Origin: Planctomycetota bacterium
GTDB taxonomy: Bacteria > Planctomycetota > JAJSAM01 > JAJVHW01
Assembly: GCA_965248445.1 (NCBI GenBank)
Contig: CBDFJG010000003.1
Coordinates: 288,001 to 352,000 of the forward strand
Length of the DNA stretch: 64,000 nucleotides
Direction of reading: 5' to 3'
This document shows, in pieces, positions 1 through 9,033 of the stretch; positions within the stretch are counted from its first letter, which is position 1; each line of letters opens with the position of its first letter. The notes beneath the pieces are model-generated. The model made no database searches, was not told the origin of the DNA, and was given only the letters and a program-made list of their open reading frames with translations. A program made the translations under genes and the position numbers.

Positions 1-69
1 GGGCTCTATCACAACGAGCGCATCGGCAGGCTGATGCGGTTCTTCATGATGAACGAGGCGCGCGAGTGA
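1..69 (+). CDS. 3' end of an upstream gene (partial, unknown product)
   Basis: Frame 1 is open (GLYHNERIGRLMRFFMMNEARE*), and its TGA overlaps the GTG start of the next gene. Confidence 0.55.
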   Translation, partial: GLYHNERIGRLMRFFMMNEARE

Positions 70-1091
70 GCATCGCCGACTTCCGCAGCGACACCGTTAC
101 GCGGCCGTCGGCCGACATGCTCGTGGCCATGACGGAGGCGGAGCTCGGCGACGACGTCCTCGGACACGACCCGACGACACAGCGACTCGAACAGGAGACC
201 GCCGCCGTCCTCGGCAAGGACGGGGCGCTCTACATGCCCTCCGGCACGATGTGCAATCTCGTCGCGATCCTCACTCACACGACTCCGGGCGACCAGGCGA
301 TCATCGAGCAGTGGGCGCACACGGCGTGCTTCGAGGGCGGCGGCGCGGGTGCAATCGCGGGTCTCCTGGTGCGGACGCTGCCGTCCGAGCGGGGACTGCC
401 CGATGCGGGGGACGTCGCCCGGTGGATGCTGCCGAGGTCCGAGCACACCCCCGGAACGTCGCTCGTGTGCCTCGAACAGACGCACAACTTCCACGGCGGG
501 ACCGTGCAGCCACTCGACGGGATGCAGGCCGTCGCGGACGCCGCGCACGCGGGCGGGGCGAAGGTGCACCTCGACGGCGCCCGGCTGTTCAACGCCGTGG
601 CCGCTTCGGGCGTCCCGGCTGCCGACTACGCCGCCGTCGCGGACAGCGTCTCGATCTGCCTCTCAAAGGGCCTCGGCGCCCCCGTCGGATCGCTCCTGGC
701 CGGCGAGGCCGAGTTCATCACCCGCGCCCGCTTCCACCGCAAACGGCTCGGCGGAGGGATGCGCCAGAGCGGCGTGATCGCCGCGGCCGGCCTGGTGGCC
801 CTCCGCGAGGGTCCCGCTGGGCTCGGGGGCGACCACGGGCGGGCTCGGCGGATCGCCGTCGGGATCGCGTCCCTACCGGGTTTTTCGGTCGAGCCCGAAC
901 GGGTCGAGACGAACATCGTTTTCGCTGGTACGGGGGGCACCCCGGCGGCCGAGATCGTGGCGGCGGCGGAGCGCGAAAACGTCCTGCTCTATGCCACCGG
1001 ACAGCACCAGATCCGCTTCGTGACGCACCGCGACGTGGACGACGGGGCGGTCGAACGGCTGCTCGAGGTGCTCGGCCGTTTCACCACATAG
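66..1091 (+). CDS. ltaE: Low-specificity L-threonine aldolase (PLP-dependent, beta-eliminating lyase family)
   Basis: Motifs DFRSDTVT, PSGTMCN, HLDGARLFNA and CLSKGLGAPVGS (PLP lysine). Confidence 0.9.
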   Translation: MSIADFRSDTVTRPSADMLVAMTEAELGDDVLGHDPTTQRLEQETAAVLGKDGALYMPSGTMCNLVAILTHTTPGDQAIIEQWAHTACFEGGGAGAIAGLLVRTLPSERGLPDAGDVARWMLPRSEHTPGTSLVCLEQTHNFHGGTVQPLDGMQAVADAAHAGGAKVHLDGARLFNAVAASGVPAADYAAVADSVSICLSKGLGAPVGSLLAGEAEFITRARFHRKRLGGGMRQSGVIAAAGLVALREGPAGLGGDHGRARRIAVGIASLPGFSVEPERVETNIVFAGTGGTPAAEIVAAAERENVLLYATGQHQIRFVTHRDVDDGAVERLLEVLGRFTT

Positions 1092-1107
1092 CGAGAGGTA
1101 GCGAGAC

Positions 1108-1917
1108 ATGCGGCTCTTCGATCCCCACGTCCACATGTACTGCCGTCTGACCGACGACTACGAGCAGATGGCGCTCTCCGGCATCACCACGCTCGTCGAA
1201 CCGGCCTTCTGGCTCGGCACCTGCCGCACGCACCCGGAGTCGTTCTACGACTACTTCGAGCACATCACGGTGTTCGAGAAGAACCGCGCGGCGAAGTACG
1301 GCATCAACCACTACCAGTGCATCGGCGTCAATCCCAAGGACGCGGACAACCTGGAGGTCACGCTCCCGACGGTCGAGGGCATGCGCCACTTCTTCGAGCG
1401 GCCGTCGGTCGTGGGCGTCGGCGAGATCGGCCTCAACGAGAACACGCAGAACGAGATGGTCGGACTCGAGAAGCAGCTCGACCTCGCACAGGAGCTGGGC
1501 CTGCCGGCACTGGTTCACACGCCGCACGTCGACAAGAAGACCGGCGTCGAGATGATGGCGGAGCTGATCAAGGGCAAGAGCTACCGCAACGAGTTGATCC
1601 TGATCGACCACATCACCGAGGAGACGATCGAGATCGTGCGCGACCTGGGTGTGTGGGTCGGGATGACGGTCTACCCGTTCTCGAAGCTCTCCCCGGACCG
1701 AGCCGTCGCCATGTTCAAGCGCTACGGCCCCGAACTCATGATGGTGAATTCGTCGGTGGACTGGGGTGAGAGCGACCCGTTGTCGGTCCCCAAGTGCGTC
1801 CGGTTGATGCGGCGCGAGGGATGGACGGAAGCGGAGATCGACCGCTTCGTGTGGAAGAACCCGGTGGCCTTCTGGGGTCAGAGCGGGCGCTTGTCCGAGA
1901 CCGCGGTGATGCCGTAG
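1108..1917 (+). CDS. TatD-family metal-dependent hydrolase (EboB-like)
   Basis: N-terminal DPHVHM, GVGEIGL, LVHTPH, IDH and NSSVDWG motifs; GAGG RBS upstream. Confidence 0.85.
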   Translation: MRLFDPHVHMYCRLTDDYEQMALSGITTLVEPAFWLGTCRTHPESFYDYFEHITVFEKNRAAKYGINHYQCIGVNPKDADNLEVTLPTVEGMRHFFERPSVVGVGEIGLNENTQNEMVGLEKQLDLAQELGLPALVHTPHVDKKTGVEMMAELIKGKSYRNELILIDHITEETIEIVRDLGVWVGMTVYPFSKLSPDRAVAMFKRYGPELMMVNSSVDWGESDPLSVPKCVRLMRREGWTEAEIDRFVWKNPVAFWGQSGRLSETAVMP

Positions 1918-1919
1918 CC

Positions 1920-3257
1920 GTGGCGGTCCCATTCAAGGCATACGACATCCGGGGCGTCGTCCCGGACCAGCTCGACGAAGCGATGGCGGAGCGGGTCGGC
2001 CGCGCCGTTGCGACATTTCTCGGCGCCCGCCGCATGGTGGTCGGGCGCGACATGCGCGATTCGGGGATCGGCCTCTCGGCGGCGCTGATCCGTGGCATCA
2101 CCAGCACCGGCTGCGATGTCGTCGACATCGGCGTCGTCAGCTCGCCGATGCAGTACTTCGGCGTCGGCCACCTGGGTGCTGACGGCGGTGTCATGGTCAC
2201 CGCGTCGCACAATCCGGCCGAGTACAACGGCTTCAAGATCAGTGGCAAGGACGTCGTCCCGATCGGCGGAGACTCCGGGCTGATCGAGATCGAGGCGATG
2301 GTGCGCGGGGAACTCCCCCCCGCATCCGGCGAGGGAACGGTCGAGCAGGCCGACATCAAGCCGGCCTACACCGAGAAGCTGATCGGGATGCTGAGCCCGG
2401 GGGAGCGGCGGCTGAAGGTCGCCGTCGACTGCGGCAACGGCATGGGGGGCGAGGAGGTCACGCACGTCCTTTCGCACCTGCCGATCGACATCGTCGGCCT
2501 CTACCTCGAACCCGACGGAGCGTTCCCCAACCACGAAGCCAACCCGCTCCAGCCCGCAAACATGCGCGACCTGCAGGCGGCCGTGCTGCGGGAGGGCTGC
2601 GATCTGGGGATTGCATTCGACGGCGATGCGGACCGGGCGTGCTTCTGCGACGAGAAGGGCCAGATCATCGGCAACGACCTGATCACGGCGCTTCTGGCGT
2701 ACGAACTCGTGCCTGACGAGCCCGGCGCGGCCGTGGTCTACGACCTGCGCTCATCGCGCGTCGTCTCGCAGACGATCACGTCCCTCGGCGGCACGCCGGT
2801 GCGTGAGCGCGTCGGGCACGCGTTCATGAAGGCGACGCTGCGGCGTCACGCCGGGCCGTACGGCGGTGAACTCTCCGGCCACTTCTACTTCCGGGACCTG
2901 TGGTTCACGGATTCCGGGTCGTACGCGGCAGGGCTCGTTCTCTGCAAGCTGTCACGCGCAGACACGCCGCTCTCCGAGATCGTGGCGCCGCTGCGTGTCT
3001 ATCCGACGACGGGCGAGGTCAACTTCCATGTCGAGGACAAGGACGCCCTGATCGAGCGCGTCGCCGAGGAGTTCTCCGACGCCCGACAGGATCGGCTGGA
3101 CGGCATCACCATCGAGTACGACGAGTGGTGGTGCAACGTCCGCAAGAGCAACACAGAACCGCTGCTCCGGCTGGTCCTCGAGGCCGACGACACCGCGACG
3201 TTCGAGAGCGCGAGGTCACGAGTGATGGCGATACTCGGCGACCCGGTCGACGAGTGA
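1920..3257 (+). CDS. Phosphomannomutase/phosphoglucomutase
   Basis: FKAYDIRG, TASHNP (phosphoserine), FDGDADR and GELSGH motifs. Start moved to GTG 1920, just after the TatD stop. Confidence 0.92.
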   Translation: MAVPFKAYDIRGVVPDQLDEAMAERVGRAVATFLGARRMVVGRDMRDSGIGLSAALIRGITSTGCDVVDIGVVSSPMQYFGVGHLGADGGVMVTASHNPAEYNGFKISGKDVVPIGGDSGLIEIEAMVRGELPPASGEGTVEQADIKPAYTEKLIGMLSPGERRLKVAVDCGNGMGGEEVTHVLSHLPIDIVGLYLEPDGAFPNHEANPLQPANMRDLQAAVLREGCDLGIAFDGDADRACFCDEKGQIIGNDLITALLAYELVPDEPGAAVVYDLRSSRVVSQTITSLGGTPVRERVGHAFMKATLRRHAGPYGGELSGHFYFRDLWFTDSGSYAAGLVLCKLSRADTPLSEIVAPLRVYPTTGEVNFHVEDKDALIERVAEEFSDARQDRLDGITIEYDEWWCNVRKSNTEPLLRLVLEADDTATFESARSRVMAILGDPVDE

Positions 3258-3282
3258 CTCGGCGCGGGCGTAGAGTCAGCCC

Positions 3283-3413
3283 GTGAAGAAGATCCTCCTC
3301 GCCGTACTCGTGATCGCGATCGTCGCAGGGATCGGCGCGCTCGTGTTGGTCGGCAATCTGGATCGGATCGTCGAGCACGCGATCGAGGCGGTCGGCAGCC
3401 GGGCAACCCGCGC
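3283..3413 (+). pseudogene. 5' fragment of an AsmA-like membrane-anchored protein, interrupted by the IS66 composite element
   Basis: VKKILLAVLVIAIVAGIGALVLVGNLDRIVEHAIEAVGSRATR; rejoins 8424-9033 in frame after removing the insert and one TSD copy (246 aa). Confidence 0.8.
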
Positions 3414-4945
3414 GTACCCGTTCAGGGTATGACGATCCGCGGCCTCAGCGCGTGATCGGGAGCGCGACGAGAGCCGGCGGCGAGCGGTTGTGCGCGAGTG
3501 CCGCGCTGACGTCTGCGAGGTAATCGAAGACGCTCTCGCCACGCTGGCGGAGCGTGGCGGTGACGGTCAGGATGCGCTCGACGAAGCGGAGTCCGCGCTC
3601 GCTCTGACTTCCGTGCGTTGCGCGTCTCCACAGGACCGGCTTGCGCACCGCGCGCTCAGCGGCGTTGTTCGTCGGGGAGACGCCAGGGACGTCGGCGAAG
3701 GTCCACAGAGCCTCCGCTCGGTCGAGCAGATGCCGAGTCGTTCCGCGTACTCGGCGGTGCTTGCTGTCTGCGCCGCGCACGAGCAGCGTCAGGAGTCGGT
3801 CCCATGTGAGACGCAGCTCACGCCGCATGCGGTCGCGGTCCCCGTGCTCGCCGAAGTGACGCTGAGCTCGCATGACAGCCTGGGCGAGACGCACGGCCTG
3901 CTTGCCGAAGCGCCGGCCGCCGCGCGAGCCCTCGGCCAGCGCTCGAAAGTCCCTCTCGAGATGCGCCCAGCAGATCTGGCGGCGCTCGGTGGGATGCTGG
4001 TCGTAAGCGCCCATACGGTCGGTCACGAGGACGCCCCTGAAGCGCTTGCCCACGAGTCGCCGCATGGCCTTGGCGCTCCTGCGCCGATCGATACGATGGA
4101 CCGTGGCGTGCTCACAGACCGCGCTCCACAGCCAATGCAGCGTGCCACGACGCGACCACGGTGTCTCGTCTACATAGGCGACGCTGCTCGTGCGTACGGC
4201 CCCGAGGGCCTCGATGTGCGCTGAGGAGATGGCTCCCGACACCCGCTCCTCGATCGCACTGACCGTGCCCGGTGACATCGAGACGCCGATGACGTCACGC
4301 AACAGACGACTGGTCTCGCGCCGCGACAGGCGGAAGACGCCGACCAGAGCCGCGGTGAGCGCACAGAGTCGCGGGCCGAAGGGACTCGCCGTCACACCGC
4401 TTGGCAGCGAGGCAGTGGACGTGGCGCCACAGTCCGTGCACCGTGCCCGGTGCAACCGGTGCTCGGTCACCTGGATCAGCCGTGGCGGGACCTCGAAGAC
4501 CTGCTGGCGTGTCGGGGCGCGATCGATCGGGACGAGCACGTCGCTCCCACACGCGCTGCACTCGCGCGGGCGGTGGTCCTCTACGCCATCGACCTCGGAC
4601 TCGTCCACGAGCTTGCGCGTCGCCCCTTTGTGGCCGGGCTGCGCACCCTGGCGCTTGTCCGACGGCGGCTTGCGCCGCCGCCGCTTCTTGGACCACGACG
4701 GATCCGAGGACGGTGGGCGCGAGGAGGTGCGGGAGTCCCGGCGAAGACGGCTCTCGAGATCGTCGATCCGTGCCGCCTGCCGCTCGATCACCTCCGCCTG
4801 CTCGGCAATCGTCTCGTCCCGAGCGTCCAGACGACGGGTCAGGCGCTCGACCAGATCACGCAGCTCATCGGTGCCCACATCCGATTCATCGACCGAACGG
4901 AAAGCGATCTGGATCCGAGCTCAGAACCAAGGGCTGAACGGGTAC
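3414..4945 (-). mobile_element. IS66-family element, single-ORF (ISBst12-like) type, copy 1 (1,532 bp)
   Basis: Perfect 12-bp terminal IR GTACCCGTTCAG/CTGAACGGGTAC; appears identical to 30464-31995. Confidence 0.92.
3445..4878 (-). CDS. IS66-family DDE transposase
   Basis: Coiled-coil N-terminus, SSRPPSSD, GAQPGHKG, CxxC zinc motifs, VDETPW, QICWAHLER and TNNAAER. Confidence 0.93.
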   Translation of the reverse strand: MGTDELRDLVERLTRRLDARDETIAEQAEVIERQAARIDDLESRLRRDSRTSSRPPSSDPSWSKKRRRRKPPSDKRQGAQPGHKGATRKLVDESEVDGVEDHRPRECSACGSDVLVPIDRAPTRQQVFEVPPRLIQVTEHRLHRARCTDCGATSTASLPSGVTASPFGPRLCALTAALVGVFRLSRRETSRLLRDVIGVSMSPGTVSAIEERVSGAISSAHIEALGAVRTSSVAYVDETPWSRRGTLHWLWSAVCEHATVHRIDRRRSAKAMRRLVGKRFRGVLVTDRMGAYDQHPTERRQICWAHLERDFRALAEGSRGGRRFGKQAVRLAQAVMRAQRHFGEHGDRDRMRRELRLTWDRLLTLLVRGADSKHRRVRGTTRHLLDRAEALWTFADVPGVSPTNNAAERAVRKPVLWRRATHGSQSERGLRFVERILTVTATLRQRGESVFDYLADVSAALAHNRSPPALVALPITR

Positions 4946-5726
4946 GGCTGGGCCATGGACCATCCGGAGAAACCGCCTCCCACTTCGCAGAGATCCTCCC
5001 GTCCCTACGGCGGCACTTCCATTGGCCGCCGTGCGCCTCAAGCGATTCGGCCACTGCCTTGGGGAGCACTCGTGCCACATGCCAGTAGGGCGAAGGCGCG
5101 GTCATGAGGAAGTCACGTGCGCTTCGTGGGTGGCGCTTCGCGTCGATGTTGGTCTGGTGAACGCCGTTGTCCCGCCACTCCGTGTTGAGAACGTGGATCA
5201 TCTCGCGGTCGGTATAGAGCGCCCGCAGCCGAGCCGACGTATCAGTCCACCCCTCCTTCGCCTCGAGCTTCATGTCACGGGAGAACTCCACCCATCCGGA
5301 CCCGGCAGAGATCTCGAAACCGTCAGGGTCTCCGCCCGCCTCCAGCGGAATCAGCGCGCGACTTGCGAGCTGCTGATCGACGAGTTCCTCCATGTCGGCC
5401 TGCTCGTCGGCCGAGGGAGGCTTGCCGATCAGTGCGTCCCAACGTGCACGGGCGCACGCCATTAGATGGGCCCGGGCAGCGTCGCGGAAGCCCGCCGGCG
5501 GCTCACGGTTCTCGAGGGAGTTCTCGAATACCGAGGTCCCATGAGGGAACCCACTCACGCCGTCGCGCAGGATCTGGGCGGCGAGAAGCGCCAAGTCGTT
5601 CTCCGACGGTTCCGGTTGCTCCTGCGCGAAGCCGACTCCGGTCATGCCGAGCAAGGAGACTGCCGCCGCCGCTACGACGCAGGCGCATCGGGCAGGAGCA
5701 CCCCGCAACGCCGACGTGAAGTTCAC
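4946..5726 (-). pseudogene. Secreted hypothetical protein, 3'-truncated by IS66
   Basis: Signal-like VVAAAAVSLLGMTGVGFAQ; the ORF runs into the IS66 end without its own stop. Confidence 0.55.
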
Positions 5727-5794
5727 GCGGCTCCAGCGTGGCCTCGTCAGCGGGGGACGAGACCACGCGTTGGGATTGTGGCTCACGACGCTTC

Positions 5795-7042
5795 CTAGGT
5801 GCAGTCGGGAAGCGTGTACGTCTTGACGCTGCTGCTCGGCGCGATCGAGTAGCAGCACTGATGGCCCTTCTTGGCCTTGAAGGCGGTCTGGTGCGCGCGC
5901 AGGACCAAGCCGATGGGGATGCTACACGACTGTGTCCACGTCGATACGGTGGTGGCAACCATGTTCACGGTGCTCGTGCCCACGGTGCATGTGCCATCGT
6001 CCTCACACTTGAACTGGTAGTAGAAGATGCGATCGGTCGTCGTTCCCGCGGTCCAACCGCGCGGACAGGTCACTGCCACTGACGTCTTCACGCACTTCCC
6101 GCACGCCGTGGTGGGAACTGATGCTGGCGGCTGCTGCGCCGGAACCGTCGTGGGGTAGCAGTCGTCGTCCGTCACCGTACCGGCGGGGAGTCCGGGCTCG
6201 GCGTCGAAGAGGATGCCACCGAAGCGAATGAAGCTGTTGATCGTTCCCAATGTCGACGTGGCCATCACGGTGAGGGTGGCCCTCTCGCTCGGGTACGCGA
6301 GCGCTGCGGACGGGTCGAACGCGATCAAAGCCGTGGCGCGGCTGTCCCCCGCGAGGACGGTGACCGTCGATGGCAGTGTGAGGGCGTCCAACAGCCTTGC
6401 GTCGCCCGAGAACGACAGAGTGTACTCGAGATCGGAGGACACCACGTCGTCGAGCAGGACGGTGAGTTCCACGTCGCCGGGCGTCCGAACGCCCTCCACG
6501 ATCGACTCGTCGTCCGGGACGATCGTGTGAGCCAGCATGTCGGTGTTGGCTTGGTAGACTCCGAGGTCGTCCTCCCCGAGGACGCCTGTCGTGGGGTTCA
6601 CCGTCATCACGCCCGGCCGCCCTACGTAGACGTAGAACTTCTGGTCGGCATCGATGAGCGCAGGGTGGAACGACAGGGCGTTCACCATCGGGATCTTGGC
6701 GGTCACACGGGTGCCCGCGCCATACGGCTCGTAGGAAACGAGCGTCTCATCGAGGGTGTGGTAACGCGTCGAGCCCGACTCGGCCCAGGTCACGCCGCCA
6801 CCGTCGAAGTCGAGCGCGTAGGCCACGACGACGTCGGTCGTGGGGGTCGCGTAGTCGGTGACGACTTCCACGTACCCGTGGCTCGCCACCGTGTCGATGA
6901 AGACCGGCGATCCACCGTCCACGAGGGTCGTCGCCGATCCCGTCCCCGGGTTCCACGTGGCCGACTGGATGTCACCAGCAAATGCAGTAGCCGTGGACGA
7001 GGCGAGAACGCCCAAGACCAGCGGCAGCACGAATCTATTCAT
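5795..7042 (-). CDS. Secreted hypothetical protein with a beta-rich/Calx-beta-like middle region and a Cys-rich C-terminal domain
   Basis: GGAGGA RBS; signal peptide MNRFVLPLVLGVLASSTATAFA; all 10 Cys lie in the last ~120 aa. Confidence 0.75.
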   Translation of the reverse strand: MNRFVLPLVLGVLASSTATAFAGDIQSATWNPGTGSATTLVDGGSPVFIDTVASHGYVEVVTDYATPTTDVVVAYALDFDGGGVTWAESGSTRYHTLDETLVSYEPYGAGTRVTAKIPMVNALSFHPALIDADQKFYVYVGRPGVMTVNPTTGVLGEDDLGVYQANTDMLAHTIVPDDESIVEGVRTPGDVELTVLLDDVVSSDLEYTLSFSGDARLLDALTLPSTVTVLAGDSRATALIAFDPSAALAYPSERATLTVMATSTLGTINSFIRFGGILFDAEPGLPAGTVTDDDCYPTTVPAQQPPASVPTTACGKCVKTSVAVTCPRGWTAGTTTDRIFYYQFKCEDDGTCTVGTSTVNMVATTVSTWTQSCSIPIGLVLRAHQTAFKAKKGHQCCYSIAPSSSVKTYTLPDCT

Positions 7043-7247
7043 CACATTTTCCTCCATGGTTTGCGAGCCCCAGTGCGGCTACCCTCTACCTGGGGCCAGA
7101 GTAGATCGACGGCCCAGGACCTGTCAACACGCTGGATCGGCGGGCGAGGCGGAACCCGCGACCTGTCAAGGCGCCGGGTAGGGCTCTTGAGGCGGCCGGA
7201 CATTGCGATGAAGGGCGTGGAACTCCGCCGCGGCAGGGTGGTCGATC

Positions 7248-7509
7248 TGCAGCGGTAGTGCAGCGGTGGTCGGATTCGCCCGATCCGGAGGCGCGCGGCA
7301 GATCGCACGCAGAAACCGCAAACCACTGTTCTCGAAGGACTTACGCTGGTCGGGGCGAGAGGATTTGAACCTCCGGCCTCTTGCTCCCGAAGCAACGAGA
7401 GATCGTTGTCCAGCAAGGACTTACGCGTGTCCCTCGCTGCACAAGCCGCACAAGAGGCAGGAGCGGGCGGACGTTGTGCAGCGGTAGTGCAGCGGTAGTG
7501 CAGCGGTGA
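7248..7509. other. attP-like site: tRNA-Pro 3' core flanked by arm-type repeats and IHF-like motifs
   Basis: TGCAGCGGTRR x2 (7248-7269) and x3 (7477-7509); AAGGACTTACGC at 7335-7346 and 7415-7426; tRNA fragment between them. Confidence 0.7.
7347..7395 (-). pseudogene. 3' part of tRNA-Pro(CGG) (anticodon arm, T arm, acceptor 3' strand, CCA); att core
   Basis: Minus strand reads TTGCTTCGGGAGCAAGAGGCCGGAGGTTCAAATCCTCTCGCCCCGACCA; the D arm and 5' acceptor strand are absent. Confidence 0.85.
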
Positions 7510-7544
7510 TCCCTGGCGGAGATCGTGTCCCGGCCAGCGCCGAC

Positions 7545-7659
7545 AACGTTTTCGACTACCTCGCACAGGTCAGCGCCGCCCCCGCGCACAACCGATCGCC
7601 GCCCTCGCTCGTCGCGTTGCCGACGACGCGGTGATCGGCGAGACGGTCAATGGCTGAAC
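7545..7659 (+). pseudogene. IS66 transposase 3'-end relic
   Basis: Encodes NVFDYLAQVSAAPAHNRSPPSLVALPTTR*, versus SVFDYLADVSAALAHNRSPPALVALPITR* in the intact transposase; followed by partial IR CTGAAC. Confidence 0.8.
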
Positions 7660-7761
7660 ATCCATGAGAAGGCCTCTTGTGTCAAGGCGTCGGATCGACT
7701 TGGCGATCCGTCCACCGCAACCGATGCCGGCTCCCTCTGCACGCATCCATCCGCACTCGTC

Positions 7762-8170
7762 GTAACCGTTCACCCCTTCGTCGCGAGCCAGTATCCAGAT
7801 CGTTCGGCCACCGGTCGATCAAGATGTTGTGGGCGAGCGGCAGGACGAGGATCTGCGGGCGATGGTCGAGGACCTTCTGGCCTGGATCGAGGAGCTGGAG
7901 CGTCGCGAAGCGAAGCATCTGCGCCGCATCGACGAGCTCGAGTCGCGTCTGAAGCGTGACTCCCGCAACAGCTCGAGGCCTCCGTCGTCGGACCCGGCGT
8001 GGTCCAAGCGCCGTCGCGGCCGAAGGCCGCGTAGCGGTCGCAAGCAGGGCGGACAGCCGGGCCATGAGGGCACGGCGCGCGAGCTGGTGGATCCGTCCAA
8101 CGTCGATGAGACCAAGGACCACCGTCCCGACCGCTGCGACGCGTGCGGACACGACGATCTCGAGCAGGGG
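7762..8170 (+). pseudogene. 5' relic of a second, related IS66 element
   Basis: Begins GTAACCGTTCAC; ORF from 7829 has RDSRNSSRPPSSD, GGQPGHEG and HRPDRCDACG, then similarity stops. Confidence 0.8.
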
Positions 8171-8304
8171 GCGAGCGGAGCGAGCCCTCACGAGGCGCAG
8201 GGGGCTCCCCCGGCAATTTGGTCTCCTTCTTCGTCATCGCTGATTCCTCCACCGCCCTGCACAGTAATCATCCGGGGGGTCGGTGTCTCAGCGATGTTGG
8301 CACA
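8171..8304 (-). mobile_element. Possible IS3/IS481-type left-end relic
   Basis: Minus strand starts TGTGCCAACATCGCTGAGACACC, followed by a GGAGG RBS and MTKKETKLPGEPP; tentative. Confidence 0.35.
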
Positions 8305-8309
8305 GAGGG

Positions 8310-8415
8310 CAGGCGCTCGACCAGATCACGCGGCTCATCGGTGCCCACATCCGATGCATCGACCGAACGGGAAGCGATCTGGATCCGAGCTCAGAACCAA
8401 GGGCTGAACGGATAC
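8310..8415 (-). mobile_element. ~106-bp diverged copy of the IS66 left end, forming the right boundary of the composite unit
   Basis: Matches 4840-4945 with a few substitutions, in the same orientation. Confidence 0.88.
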
Positions 8416-8423
8416 ACCCGCGC

Positions 8424-9033
8424 CACGGTCATGGTCGACGCGGTCGACCTGCAGATCACCGAGGGCAAGGGGACGATCAGCGGGGTCTCTGTCGGTAGTC
8501 CGGCGGGCTTCGCGGCTGAGCGCGCGTTCGCGTTCGATCGCGTGACTGTGGAACTCGATCCGGACGCGCTGACGCGCGTGCCGATCGTCGTCCGGCGGGT
8601 CACGGTCGACCGCTGCGACGTCACGTATGAATGGCAGCTCCACGGAAGCAACATGTCACGCCTGCAGGAGAACGTCCGCGAGTACCTGGCGGGCGAACGC
8701 ACCATCCGGGAGGCCGCCGGAGGGGATGAACCCTCCCGCGTCGTCATCGAGGAACTCGTGATCTCGGGCGGCACGATCGACCTGACGGCGTCGGCGCTCG
8801 GTTCAGCGGTCGTTGCGCTGCCGCTCGACCGGATCGTGCTCCACGACGTGGGCAAGAAGGAGGGCGGCGCAACAGCGGGGGAGATCACCGCTGAGCTCGT
8901 GCGCGCGCTCACTCGCCGCGTGATCGAAGCCGTCGCGAACTCCGGTGTCGACGTCCTGGACGATGCCCGGAAGACGGGCGAGAAGATCCTCGAGGGCGCG
9001 AAGGACATCCTCGACGGCGCGCGCGGGGACTAG
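8424..9033 (+). pseudogene. 3' fragment of the AsmA-like protein
   Basis: Beta-rich sequence (GKGTISGVSVGSPAGF...VVIEELVISGGTI...LDRIVLHDVG) continuing the frame of 3283-3413. Confidence 0.8.

Larger units (their letters stand above)
3414..8415. mobile_element. IS66-bounded composite transposon-like unit (5,002 bp)
   Basis: Ends GTACCCGTTCAG and CTGAACGGATAC; 8-bp direct repeat ACCCGCGC at 3406-3413 and 8416-8423; splits a host gene. Confidence 0.85.

Noticed and set aside
7347..7430. Functional tRNA-Pro gene
   Set aside because: Sequence 5' of the anticodon stem cannot form a D arm or acceptor stem; treated as an att core.
7248..7509. Simple microsatellite or CRISPR interpretation of the TGCAGCGGTAG repeats
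   Set aside because: The repeats are 11 bp, spacer-less and placed on both sides of a tRNA core, which fits arm-type sites better.
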